From IMG/VR virus record IMGVR_UViG_3300045988_106448: a stretch of DNA of 64,000 bases; one strand, given 5' to 3'. Shown in pieces: positions 9,201-18,071 of the stretch (positions are counted from its first letter, which is position 1; each line of letters opens with the position of its first letter). This stretch comes from a virus. Made by a program: the position numbers and the translations under genes. The notes under the pieces were generated by a model. It did no database searches and was not told the DNA's origin. It saw only the letters and a program-made list of their open reading frames with translations.

Positions 9201-9691
9201 TAGGTTCTACTAATACCGAAATTAAAGATGATGACCCGGTACTTGAAGGGGCTGACAAGCACATGGGAGATGCGTGGTGGTGGGCACTCATGCAAAAGAA
9301 AGTGTCCGGGTTGGCATTCTTTGATTATCGTGGCATTTACGAACGATACGGTGGGGGACAATTCCCGCCCGAGTACGTGTATTCTGAAATAGAGGAGTGT
9401 CAAGGTGAAACCCTTCCTAACGGTAATCAGGTTATTGTAGCCGGGTTCGTTACGGAGTTTGAACTTAAGAAGACACGTAAGGGCGAAATGATGTGTAAAA
9501 TACTGTTGGAAAATAATTATGACTTCCTAGAAGTTATGGTATTCCAATCAGAGTTTGAAACATTAAGGGACTACCTGACCGGGCGTGGGGACATCATCAT
9601 GCTGAATGGCTCGATAGCGTATGATAAACGCAAGGAAGTAAACATTTTAAGGGCGAATTTCGAAACGAATATCGTCACTTTAACGTTATAA
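6206..9691 (+). CDS. dnaE: DNA polymerase III alpha subunit (DnaE-type, N-terminal PHP domain)
   Basis: PHP motif GVHGQYEMMSGSG...LGVHTLGICEKNSLAG; LIAAISLYRPGAME; about 1160 aa with a C-terminal OB-like region. Confidence 0.8.
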   Translation: MKDFLAYLERNLMDYTLISDYVVDIGGKTFELYKPAHDGALFDDDFNFVGIPANPDRASVEESSTETECDFYAYRFGGVWYMLPRGKENEVKLIRLKYVGAALQEVPTRVFLGVHGQYEMMSGSGTYKEWCQKAKFLGVHTLGICEKNSLAGALKFQTECIAAGLKSVIGMECSVYDEPNDYAFTAKVYARNEKGWKDLLTINKFINCDNPKYIGVADFRNITRGNNDLVVFLDPKALDYDKIGMLGIAGITNLYQLDPAIYTAEKRDEWYLKNLKKFFHDKSLTAVAAIDAWYLDEEYSCIRPRLHSMGNTIAYASENQYFKSNDEYLLELSELFPKTDEGFEMAYNKFMDAIDVLENVAEAITFTIDVKKRHLPHYKMTKEEAAEFDNNEDLFWSLIDKGLEAHPDLIEDWGEEVIMERIEREVGVIKLGEAIDYFLITWDIINWCHRNGIMTGISRGSAGGCLVSYLLGITKLDPMRYDLLFERFLNAGRVKVSLPDIDCDYPGEDRPRVKKYMEERYGWKQVCSVGTYSALQLRAALKALSRVYGLQFKDVNDMMKLFDVKDRKPEDLFKIACAHPVVKHFVKEHPDLINEAMLVMPAPLAQSIHACAMMVFPDENDMFRWVPIRKQGDEYVTEWEGGEMDAAGFLKEDVLGVKQFDKFQDMVRLIKEHEGVDLDIFSVPLDDPEVYAYFQNGWNEDNFHFGSNGLTGYCKQMKPENIEDLIAAISLYRPGAMENNFHNEYVLRKEGTNKVEYFVGTKDILKNTYGVFAYQEQIMQLCRELGGLSLVEADDVRKAMVKKKYEALQQYKERFIPYYRDNYGVSQEYSEKVWDAIDKASTYLFNRSHAAAYAITGYISQWIKVHYPIEYWSVAFKYAQDFDYPRYIAEINKTGVCTVRPVDINLSALDVTINFKEKALYWSITGIKQVAEKAATQILKEREENGDYYSLDDFVVRHKWKGSAVNSRIIRNLILAGAFDKLENVQEPSDRIDLLINFLGSTNTEIKDDDPVLEGADKHMGDAWWWALMQKKVSGLAFFDYRGIYERYGGGQFPPEYVYSEIEECQGETLPNGNQVIVAGFVTEFELKKTRKGEMMCKILLENNYDFLEVMVFQSEFETLRDYLTGRGDIIMLNGSIAYDKRKEVNILRANFETNIVTLTL

Positions 9692-9707
9692 ACGTAAATA
9701 AAAGATT

Positions 9708-10244
9708 ATGGAAATACTCGTGCATTTTAACGGAGTACCCGTTACGTTACAAACAAACGGTTTCGAAGACCGTATAGACATTGACCGTTTAACTTCAATT
9801 GATTATGGTAATCTTTACGGAGAAGCCGTGACAGTTAGTGCCCTCTTGAATAAAGTGGGTATGTTACGGGCAGAAGCCGAAAAGACCATGAACGAAAAGA
9901 AGTTGGAGAAGGAGATTTACGAAGCTGACTTGCGCCGTATGTGGCGGCGTGAAGCCAACCGTAACCAAGGGCGGTTTACGATAGAAGGGGAGGAAATTAA
10001 ATTGTCTGAGAAGGCGTTGGACGAAGCGGTAATCCTCGATGAGGAATATCAGAAGATAGCCCTAGAGCATATTGAAGCCCAAAAGAATTTTAATATGCTT
10101 GATGCGTTATTGTGGGCGGTTCAGGACAAGTCTAGAAAATTGAATAATGTTTTAAAACCTGTAACTCCTACGGAATTTCTTAACGAGTTAGTGGAGGGAG
10201 CCGTAAATAGTTTTACAATAACTAGGAAAGGTTTTAACCGTTAA
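9708..10244 (+). CDS. hypothetical protein (coiled-coil)
   Basis: ORF with the typical aaagattATGg start context. Confidence 0.4.
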   Translation: MEILVHFNGVPVTLQTNGFEDRIDIDRLTSIDYGNLYGEAVTVSALLNKVGMLRAEAEKTMNEKKLEKEIYEADLRRMWRREANRNQGRFTIEGEEIKLSEKALDEAVILDEEYQKIALEHIEAQKNFNMLDALLWAVQDKSRKLNNVLKPVTPTEFLNELVEGAVNSFTITRKGFNR

Positions 10245-10255
10245 CAAAAAGAATT

Positions 10256-10561
10256 ATGGCAACAGTACATGAAATTAATTTTGACGAATACATTCAGCTA
10301 GACGATGTCTATTTTGTGAAGCCTTGCGAAAATGCAAGAGAGAGATTTGATTTATTTGAATTGAAGGAGGCTTCTAATGCAAAGCGTTACCCGGATGGTA
10401 AGATGGATGATGTAGCCTACGGCTTGACATTAGAAGGTTGTATTGAGCGGGTATGTCACATAAGAGCACAGGAAGACAATACGGAATTGGAAGGTTATTT
10501 AAACAAGTTGCGAGAAGTAAATAAGGAAATTAGAGAAACATTGATTGATTATTGTAAATAG
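10256..10561 (+). CDS. hypothetical protein
   Basis: ORF with an aagaattATGg start. Confidence 0.4.
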   Translation: MATVHEINFDEYIQLDDVYFVKPCENARERFDLFELKEASNAKRYPDGKMDDVAYGLTLEGCIERVCHIRAQEDNTELEGYLNKLREVNKEIRETLIDYCK

Positions 10562-10568
10562 AAAAATT

Positions 10569-11993
10569 ATGGCATTTGACAGAAACCAATGGAAGGCAGC
10601 TTCACTTGATACGGTGAAGAAAACTGTAAAAGAAGGTAAACAACATGACACGTTCTTCGGGAACCGCAGTGGCAACCGTGCGAACTTTTACAAGAATGAA
10701 GATGGCGTGGTAGTGAAACGTGTACTCCCACCGCACAAACCGGGGGATTCCCCATACGTTCCCTCTATGACCGCTCAGTTGGAGTGTGAAGTGGAAAAGT
10801 ATGACAAGGAAGGTAAAGTTACCGGAAAGGAAGTCGCTAACAAGAAAATTTTCATCGCTACTCTTCATGGTGGTTACGAGAAAGACCCGATTGAAGAATA
10901 CATTCGCCGAGTGTACATGAAGGCAGATGAGAACTACCAAGACAAGGAGGAAAAGGCAAAATTCTTAGCCCCTGTTACCGGGTACAGAATTAAAAGTTCT
11001 GGGAAGTGGGTATGGGGTATTAAACCTCGGTTGGAGTACGTTTGTTATATGTACATCAACAAAGAGATATACCGGGATACTTTTGACCCGAAACTGATGG
11101 AAGCACTGAACCGTGAATCTGAGAAATTGTGCGCCCAAAACGAGGACGAAACGGCAATTGATATGTTCAGTGATCCGACCACGGGTTTCCCTATTCAATG
11201 GGATCAATTCAAGGATGACAAGGGTAAACGGCAGGTAGATATCAAACCGTTACCGTTGAAACGTAACGAAACGTGGGACGAGTATTTCGAGAAACATCAG
11301 GTGCCGGATGCAGTTCTTGATAAGTTGATGGAAATGAAGAGCCTGAAAGAATTGTACGTGAATTGCTACCGCAAACGTGACTTTGAATTGGCTTTGGACG
11401 GTTTGAAACGTTTTGACGACAAGAACGGGTACGGTATATTTGCAGACGATGAATTCCTTGATTTCATCGAGGACATGGCTGCACAGGTAGAGGCAAACGA
11501 AGGAACTCAACCTGAGGAGGGTGCTGCCGATGATCTACCGTTTGAGGAAGTGCCTGAAAAAGAGGAAAAGAAGAGTGCCCCGGTTGCTAAAGTCCCTGCA
11601 AAGAAAGCCCCGACGCCTGCCAAGAAGAAAGCAGAACCTACCGATGAGGAAAAGTTGGCTATCGTGAATGTGGAATTCGTGCGGCAGTACGGTGATGACT
11701 ACGCTGAATTAGAATTAGAGGGTGAAGAACTTGAGGAGGCGTATCAATTGGCTATCAAACACGAAGACCTCGGTTATGACATTGACCATGTACCGGGTTG
11801 GGATCAACCGGAGGAAGAGCCAGAACCTGAAGAGGAGCCCGCTCCAGAACCTCCTAAAAAGACACCGGGTAAGAAAACCACGGCAGCAGCCGCCCCGGTT
11901 ACACCCCCGGCAAACGCTAACAGTAGCGATGGCAAACGGGCAGCAGATAAGATACGTGAGATGCGTGAAAGACGTAAACAACAACAGCAGTAA
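10569..11993 (+). CDS. hypothetical protein with acidic and K/A/P-rich C-terminal tails, possibly ssDNA- or DNA-binding
   Basis: Start moved to the Met at 10569 to avoid overlap; C-terminus PEEEPEPEEEPAPEPPKKTPGKK, KKSAPVAKVPAKKAPTPAKKK. Confidence 0.4.
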   Translation: MAFDRNQWKAASLDTVKKTVKEGKQHDTFFGNRSGNRANFYKNEDGVVVKRVLPPHKPGDSPYVPSMTAQLECEVEKYDKEGKVTGKEVANKKIFIATLHGGYEKDPIEEYIRRVYMKADENYQDKEEKAKFLAPVTGYRIKSSGKWVWGIKPRLEYVCYMYINKEIYRDTFDPKLMEALNRESEKLCAQNEDETAIDMFSDPTTGFPIQWDQFKDDKGKRQVDIKPLPLKRNETWDEYFEKHQVPDAVLDKLMEMKSLKELYVNCYRKRDFELALDGLKRFDDKNGYGIFADDEFLDFIEDMAAQVEANEGTQPEEGAADDLPFEEVPEKEEKKSAPVAKVPAKKAPTPAKKKAEPTDEEKLAIVNVEFVRQYGDDYAELELEGEELEEAYQLAIKHEDLGYDIDHVPGWDQPEEEPEPEEEPAPEPPKKTPGKKTTAAAAPVTPPANANSSDGKRAADKIREMRERRKQQQQ

Positions 11994-12041
11994 GAACGCA
12001 GGGAGCCCGTCTAACAAACGGGCTTCTTTAACTTCCTTAAT

Positions 12042-13076
12042 ATGGGTAAACAAGCGATAGCGATAATAAGTACCGATAAACACCTGAACGAAAACAACGC
12101 ATTAGAACTTCTTGATCTTGCGGATCAGGAAATAAATCTGGCGCATGAATTAGGTGTTAATACGGTGATATGGCTAGGGGATATCTTTGATTCCCGTATT
12201 AGCCAACGACAAGAATTGCTCACGTGCCTTGACCAGATGTTGGATATGTATGCGGATGCTGATCTTTCATTGATTTGCATACCCGGCAACCATGACAAAA
12301 CGGATTACGAGGCGGATGAAAGTTTCCTAACTCCGTACCGTCACCACCCTAATTTTGATTTAATAGAAACCCCGCAGGCACGGGTAATTGAAGGTATTGA
12401 TTTTGATTTCGTGCCCTTTTACAGTCAGGACGTGTGGTTAAAGAAGTTTGCCACGTTGACACCCCCGGCGGGTAAGAAATCCGTACTGTGTAGTCACACG
12501 GCGGTTCAGGGTTCTATTAATAATGACGGGCGTGAAGTGAGTAGTAAGATTAAATTGAAACTCCTGACCAAGTACGGCAAAGTGTTTTTAGGGCATTACC
12601 ACAACGCACAACAACCGGGAGCCACGGTGTTTCACCTACCGAGTACTCGACAAAATAATTTCGGTGAAGATGACGAAAAGGGTTTTACCGTGCTGTACAG
12701 TGACCTCTCAACAACGTTGGTAAAGGGTCAATTTAAGCCGTACAAGACGATAGCGTTGGAAGCCTCTACCGTTACCCCCAAACAGTTAAAAGAACTGTCT
12801 GAGACCGATACAGAGGAGTGTAACGTGCGGGTAGTTTTAACGGGTACACGAGAGGATGTGAAATCTATCAACAAGAAAATGTTAGAGCAGAAAGGTATCG
12901 TTATAAAAACCAAGTATGATGACATAGAAGTTGTGGAAACCGAAGAGGTTGAAGTGCTGCAAGAACTTTCTGGAAGCGATTTAAAGGAGAAATTTAAAAC
13001 CTTTTGCGAAGAGAAAGGGTACGAGTATGAAGAAGGCTTTAAACTATTAAAAGAAGTAATGAAATGGCAGGAATAG
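12042..13076 (+). CDS. sbcD: SbcD/Mre11-family nuclease (calcineurin-like phosphoesterase)
   Basis: VIWLGDIFD ... ICIPGNHDK ... GHYH metallophosphoesterase motifs. Confidence 0.75.
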   Translation: MGKQAIAIISTDKHLNENNALELLDLADQEINLAHELGVNTVIWLGDIFDSRISQRQELLTCLDQMLDMYADADLSLICIPGNHDKTDYEADESFLTPYRHHPNFDLIETPQARVIEGIDFDFVPFYSQDVWLKKFATLTPPAGKKSVLCSHTAVQGSINNDGREVSSKIKLKLLTKYGKVFLGHYHNAQQPGATVFHLPSTRQNNFGEDDEKGFTVLYSDLSTTLVKGQFKPYKTIALEASTVTPKQLKELSETDTEECNVRVVLTGTREDVKSINKKMLEQKGIVIKTKYDDIEVVETEEVEVLQELSGSDLKEKFKTFCEEKGYEYEEGFKLLKEVMKWQE

Positions 13077-14023
13077 AAGATTTAGTAAATAATTTACAAA
13101 AGAAGTTCGGTAAAGAAACCGTGGTAACTGAACCCGCTGACGTGGACTTTTGTTCATCCGGTTCTATGGGATTGGATTTGGCGTTGGGCGGTGGCTACGC
13201 TTTCGGGCGTATTATAGAGTTACGTGGGTTTGAATCTTCCGGCAAAACTACTCTAGCGCTGCACGCCATACGAGAAGCACAAAAGGCAACCGGAAAGGCG
13301 GTTGTTTACGTTGACCGTGAGAACGCTTTGGATTTAAATTACGCTTCCTCTATCGGGGTAGACGTAGACCCGTCCAAATTCATCTTATGTCAACCCGACA
13401 CGGCTGAGGAATGTCTCGAGGTGGTGCGGGAAGTAATTAAATCGAAAGACATTTGTGCGGTCGTGGTGGATAGCGTGGCAGCCATGTTTCCTAAATGCTA
13501 TTTGGACGCTGACGTGGGTGACGCCAAGATGGGGGTTCTCGCTCGTTTGATGTCCGCATGGTTACCGGGTTTCGTTGGGGATATGAAATCCAATAATATA
13601 TTAGGGATATTCATTAACCAATACCGTGAGAAGATTGGCGTCTTTTACGGTGATCCTACCACCACCCCCGGCGGTAAATCTTTGGGTTATTACGCCTCTC
13701 AGATTATTACCATAGCCAAGTCTGGAACGGTGGGTGATAAGGGTGAGGAAACTGCCATACACGTGAAATTGAAGGTGGCTAAGAACAAGGTTGCTCCTCC
13801 CCTACGGACGACTGAATTTGATATTCGCTTTGGAGAGGGTATTGACAAGCTGTCGGAACTCATAACGTTGGGAACTGAAAAGGAAGTTATCACTCGTGCG
13901 GGGGCTTTCTACCGTTTTGGTAATACCACGTTGGGTCAAGGGGCTGAACGTGCCCGGCAGTATTTGAAAGAACACCCTGACACGGCAAAGAAAATAGAGG
14001 AAGCAATTCTTAAAACGATTTAG
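13064..14023 (+). CDS. recA: RecA/UvsX-family recombinase
   Basis: GRIIELRGFESSGKTTLALH..., LCQPDTAEECLEV..., VVVDSVAAM align to RecA core motifs. Confidence 0.85.
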   Translation: MAGIEDLVNNLQKKFGKETVVTEPADVDFCSSGSMGLDLALGGGYAFGRIIELRGFESSGKTTLALHAIREAQKATGKAVVYVDRENALDLNYASSIGVDVDPSKFILCQPDTAEECLEVVREVIKSKDICAVVVDSVAAMFPKCYLDADVGDAKMGVLARLMSAWLPGFVGDMKSNNILGIFINQYREKIGVFYGDPTTTPGGKSLGYYASQIITIAKSGTVGDKGEETAIHVKLKVAKNKVAPPLRTTEFDIRFGEGIDKLSELITLGTEKEVITRAGAFYRFGNTTLGQGAERARQYLKEHPDTAKKIEEAILKTI

Positions 14024-14024
14024 T

Positions 14025-16025
14025 ATGAATTTGGTTTATTTACGTTTAGAGAATTTCCTGTCATTTAAAGAACTGTACCATGAATTTATTTCTGGTGCGG
14101 TTCTGGTACAGGGTAAGAATCTCACCGAAATAGAAAGCAAGGAAACGAACGGGGCGGGTAAGAGTAGCATGGGCGCAGCCATAGCCAAAGCCGTTCTTGA
14201 TAACGCCTTGCGTAAACAAGTCGTCGATGCCGATCTCATAACGTGGGGCGAAGAGGAGGCGCACATTTGGCTCGCCATGTACTGCCCGATCCGTAAGCAG
14301 ACGTTAGAGATACATAGAACGCTCCGTGTCAAGGGTGGGGCATCGTTGGAGTTAAAAGTAAATGAAGCCCGTGTTCAGGTGGCGACCCTTAAAGACGGCA
14401 ACAATTACATTCTAAATTGGATAGGGATAACTTCTGAGGATTTACGGAATTATTACTTTATCAATAAGGAGAATTTCAAGTCATTTGTTTCTTCATCGAA
14501 CACCGATAAACTTTCCCTAATAAGTAGGTTTATCAAAGCAGATGCCCTTGACGAAGTTGATGATATCGTGAAAGCCAAGAACGCCCCCATTAATGAACAA
14601 ATAGAGGCGGCGTTGGTAGAGGTCAACACGGTACAGGGTGAATTAAACGCTTACACCACCCAATTAGAGAATGAGAAAGGGCGTGATCTCGAGGCAGAGC
14701 GTGACCAACAAATGCAGTCTTACATAGATAGAGTGGAAGATATCGCTACCGAGTTGGAACGCCACCAGAAGGACATTGAAAATTGTAACTTAGCGATAGA
14801 GGAATCTAACAAAACGATTGCCAAAGCCCAAGAAACTATTGACGTTACAAACAAGAAATTATCCAAGTTAGAATCTATTTCTTTTGAAGAGAAATACAGT
14901 GCCATTGATAAAGAACGTGCCACGGCAGATAAGGCTCTTGCGGAAGCCCGGCAGGAAATCAACGAGGTTAAGAATTTAGGGTTGGAATGTGAAGCGGAGA
15001 TTAAACAACTTGAAACCTTCCTAAAAGGTGCTATCACGTGTCCTAAATGCGGGCATCATTTCGTACCAGATTCGGACGTGGAACTTACGGTGGAAGAGGC
15101 ACAAGCTAAGATACGTGAAAACAGGGAAGCCCAAACCCTAGCCGAAGTTGACATGGAAGAACTCAACGATCAGTTCAAAAAGTTGGCTGATCGGGTGGCA
15201 GAATTTGATAAGAAGTTTGTCAAGGTGCGCTCCGAAGAGCAAGAGAATGTTTCGGCGATGCGTGAAGTTCAGAAGTTGATAAGCCAATTAAAAGGTGATG
15301 TTGACCGTAGCAACGCCCGCATAAAGATGTATCGTGCGCAAATTGCTGATAATGAAAAGAAGATTAGCAGGTGCGCCGAGGAGGCAGATTACATTGAAGC
15401 GCAGGCTAACAAGTTGGAAAGCCAACCCCTAATCAATCCTCGTGTTGATGAACTGGAAGAACAAATTGCGCTCGCCAACGTAAAACTAAAGAAGCGTGAG
15501 AAAACGGTGGACGCTTACCGTGAACTCGTGGCTAAGAACACGCAGTGGGGGCTAAGATTGAAAGAGTTTAAGATGTCTTTGGCTGTGGAACAGTTAAAGA
15601 TTATTCAGAACTTCGCGAATCGTTCCCTACAACAGCAAAAGTCTGAACTACGGGTGGCAATAGAGGGATTCAAGAAGGATTCAAAGGGGAAGGTTAAAAG
15701 TGAAATCACGGTGTACGTGATTAACGGGGACGGTGAATATAAATCTTTCTGGTCTTTTAGCGGTGGCGAGCGTGCCCGTATTGAGATATCGTTAATCATA
15801 GCGATGGCGGAAATGATAAACAGCACGAACAAATGGGGAGGGTTACACTTCTTGCAAATTGATGAAGTGTTAGAAGGTACTGACCCGTTAGGGCTTTCCC
15901 TATTGGTAGAATCTTTATCAGATTTCACGTACCCGATTTACATCATAAGCCATGTTATGAATATAAAAACAGGAGTGAAAACATTAACAATTGTAAAGGA
16001 GAAAGGATACAGTTATGTTGAGTAA
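14025..16025 (+). CDS. sbcC: SbcC/Rad50-family ATPase
   Basis: Walker A NGAGKSS, long coiled coil, CPKCGHHF zinc hook, signature SGGERARIEISL, Walker B LHFLQIDEVLEG. Confidence 0.8.
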   Translation: MNLVYLRLENFLSFKELYHEFISGAVLVQGKNLTEIESKETNGAGKSSMGAAIAKAVLDNALRKQVVDADLITWGEEEAHIWLAMYCPIRKQTLEIHRTLRVKGGASLELKVNEARVQVATLKDGNNYILNWIGITSEDLRNYYFINKENFKSFVSSSNTDKLSLISRFIKADALDEVDDIVKAKNAPINEQIEAALVEVNTVQGELNAYTTQLENEKGRDLEAERDQQMQSYIDRVEDIATELERHQKDIENCNLAIEESNKTIAKAQETIDVTNKKLSKLESISFEEKYSAIDKERATADKALAEARQEINEVKNLGLECEAEIKQLETFLKGAITCPKCGHHFVPDSDVELTVEEAQAKIRENREAQTLAEVDMEELNDQFKKLADRVAEFDKKFVKVRSEEQENVSAMREVQKLISQLKGDVDRSNARIKMYRAQIADNEKKISRCAEEADYIEAQANKLESQPLINPRVDELEEQIALANVKLKKREKTVDAYRELVAKNTQWGLRLKEFKMSLAVEQLKIIQNFANRSLQQQKSELRVAIEGFKKDSKGKVKSEITVYVINGDGEYKSFWSFSGGERARIEISLIIAMAEMINSTNKWGGLHFLQIDEVLEGTDPLGLSLLVESLSDFTYPIYIISHVMNIKTGVKTLTIVKEKGYSYVE

Positions 16026-16069
16026 TTACAATTATAAAGGATATGACGAACCCCTAACCAATTATAACT

Positions 16070-16576
16070 ATGAACCGCAATTCTGATAATTGGACTGTGA
16101 TAGGGGTTGATCCCGGTAAGGAAGGGTATTTCACCGTGATGAAGAAATCGGGTATAACTCAATACCCGATGCCGAAGGTGGGTAAAGAGATTGACCCCCA
16201 TGCTCTAGGCGAGTTAATTACCAATCTTTCATGCGAGTGTGACCCTAATAATAGCATCGTGGTTATAGAGGACGTACACGCCATACACGGGTCAGCGGCA
16301 CAAGCCACGTTCAATTTCGGATTCGTGTGTGGTATGATTCGTTTGGGGTTCATCATTTGTGGTATGCCGATCGTTATGGTAGCCCCCAAGAAATGGCAGA
16401 AGGAAATGTACGAGGGAATAAAAGCGAACCCCGACAAGAAGGTAATGTCCGTGCTTGCGGCTAAACGCCTGTTCCCTCAGCAGAATCTTTTGAGAACGCC
16501 CAACTGCAAGAAACCCGATGATAACCTTACGGATAGTTTGTTAATAGCTGAATACGGAAGGAGGCATTACCTATGA
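16070..16576 (+). CDS. RuvC-like Holliday junction resolvase
   Basis: IGVDPGKEGYFTV..., VVIEDVHAIHGSAAQ..., DDNLTDSLLIAEYG (RuvC/YqgF acidic residues). Confidence 0.6.
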   Translation: MNRNSDNWTVIGVDPGKEGYFTVMKKSGITQYPMPKVGKEIDPHALGELITNLSCECDPNNSIVVIEDVHAIHGSAAQATFNFGFVCGMIRLGFIICGMPIVMVAPKKWQKEMYEGIKANPDKKVMSVLAAKRLFPQQNLLRTPNCKKPDDNLTDSLLIAEYGRRHYL

Positions 16577-16917
16577 AGTACGTGTTAATGTGTAGAAATC
16601 AAATGTGTGCAGTATGTGACATTCCGGTGGAAACGCCACCGTACAAGATGAAGTACGACAAACGTAAGGGTAAAATGGTTCCCTACCTTGACACGCTTGA
16701 GGTATGTTCTATTTGCGGTGAGCCCTTGCGTTTTATGGAGGAGGAAACAACTATTCCGGAGTTTGGTGTAAATGGCTTTAAGAGCCTACCAGACGACAAA
16801 AAACGTGAGATATTACGTAAACGGTTTGACAAGGATATGCGGACGGGCGGTAGCGAAGAGAAAGAGATGCGTAAAAGAAGTGCAATGAATAAATTTTTAG
16901 GAAGAGATGGGAATTAA
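16573..16917 (+). CDS. hypothetical Zn-ribbon protein
   Basis: CAVCD...CSICGE cysteine pairs. Confidence 0.4.
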   Translation: MKYVLMCRNQMCAVCDIPVETPPYKMKYDKRKGKMVPYLDTLEVCSICGEPLRFMEEETTIPEFGVNGFKSLPDDKKREILRKRFDKDMRTGGSEEKEMRKRSAMNKFLGRDGN

Positions 16918-17626
16918 AGTTTTAAGCCTTTTTGATGGCATTTCATGTGGTATGCTCGCGCTTCAACGGGCAGGAATAGAAGTTGATACTTATTATGCTA
17001 GCGAAATAGATGAATATGCTTTAAAAATTAGCCAACATCATTTTCCAGAAATTATTCAATTGGGTAATGTTGAAGAGTGGCAGAATTGGAATATTCCATG
17101 GGGTGAAATAGATTTATTGTTAGGAGGAAGTCCATGTCAAGGGTTTTCTAAAGTGGGTTTAGAGTTAAATTTTAATGATCCTCGTAGTAAATTAGTATTT
17201 GAATTTGCTGATATATTGGATCATATTAAGCAGTACAATCCTCATGTTTTATTTTTATTAGAAAACGTTAAAATGAGGGAAGAATGGGCTGATATTATTT
17301 CCCAATTAGTTGGGGAAACTTATGAAGTTTACAATTCGGCTTTAGTATCTGCCCAAAACAGAGTAAGATATTATTGGTTTAATTGGGAATCTGCCACAGT
17401 ACAAGATAGAAAAATTTGCCTGAAAGATATAATTCCGGATGCAGCTAGAAATAAAGCCAGAACAGTTCGTGTGAAAGGGGATGGGGTGAAATGGGGTGAT
17501 AAACATGAATGGGATAGAGCCAACCCCGATAGAAAATACACGATGGAAGAATTAGAAATGTTGCAAACACTTCCTATTAAATACACCGATGTAGGAGGGG
17601 GCATGGTAAACGTCGTAAGGCAATAG
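16907..17626 (+). CDS. DNA (cytosine-5)-methyltransferase with a C-terminal frameshift; motif X is encoded out of frame at 17611-17676
   Basis: Motif I LFDGISCG, IV GGSPCQGFS, VI LLENV, VIII QNRVRYYW; the downstream frame encodes RKAIGNCWTVDMIVEIFKMI* (GN.W motif X); one extra G in the G5 run at 17597-17601 would join the two frames. Confidence 0.8.
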   Translation: MGIKVLSLFDGISCGMLALQRAGIEVDTYYASEIDEYALKISQHHFPEIIQLGNVEEWQNWNIPWGEIDLLLGGSPCQGFSKVGLELNFNDPRSKLVFEFADILDHIKQYNPHVLFLLENVKMREEWADIISQLVGETYEVYNSALVSAQNRVRYYWFNWESATVQDRKICLKDIIPDAARNKARTVRVKGDGVKWGDKHEWDRANPDRKYTMEELEMLQTLPIKYTDVGGGMVNVVRQ

Positions 17627-17677
17627 GCAATTGTTGGACGGTAGATATGATTGTTGAAATTTTTAAAATGATTTAAT

Positions 17678-17995
17678 ATGATAACTAAAGAAATTTTTGA
17701 TACCTGTAAAGGGGTCGTTAAGAATGCTGGCGTGAACCTGTTACTTCTCGACGTGTTTGGGGAAGTAAAGATTTACGTTGTGAATTTCGTGGTGTTAAAA
17801 ACCCGTGAGAATCGTTATCACGAAGTACGTGATGCACAGGATGTAACATCCATTATTCATACCATTGACAGGTTTGCCACCGGGTTGACAAACATGAAAT
17901 TCATGGATAAAATTCAGTCCATTCCAATGGAAAGTTTCAAATTCGGCACCGATAATTATATCTGGATGACAAAGGTAACTGAGAGTACACGGTAG
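17678..17995 (+). CDS. hypothetical protein
   Basis: ORF followed by a hairpin terminator. Confidence 0.35.
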   Translation: MITKEIFDTCKGVVKNAGVNLLLLDVFGEVKIYVVNFVVLKTRENRYHEVRDAQDVTSIIHTIDRFATGLTNMKFMDKIQSIPMESFKFGTDNYIWMTKVTESTR

Positions 17996-18022
17996 GGAGA
18001 TTTATCCCTACTTTCTTTGTTG
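17992..18022 (+). terminator. rho-independent-type terminator
   Basis: gtaggga-gatttat-tccctac followed by tttctttgttg. Confidence 0.5.
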
Positions 18023-18071
18023 TCTGGTAAATTTGTGGTAGCTTTACAGCGTTAAAACAAATAAGCAAAAG

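Noticed and set aside
6525-9403. Multiple short minus-strand ORFs within the DnaE gene
   Set aside because: All are nested in a confidently called 1161-aa polymerase gene and are typical antisense noise.
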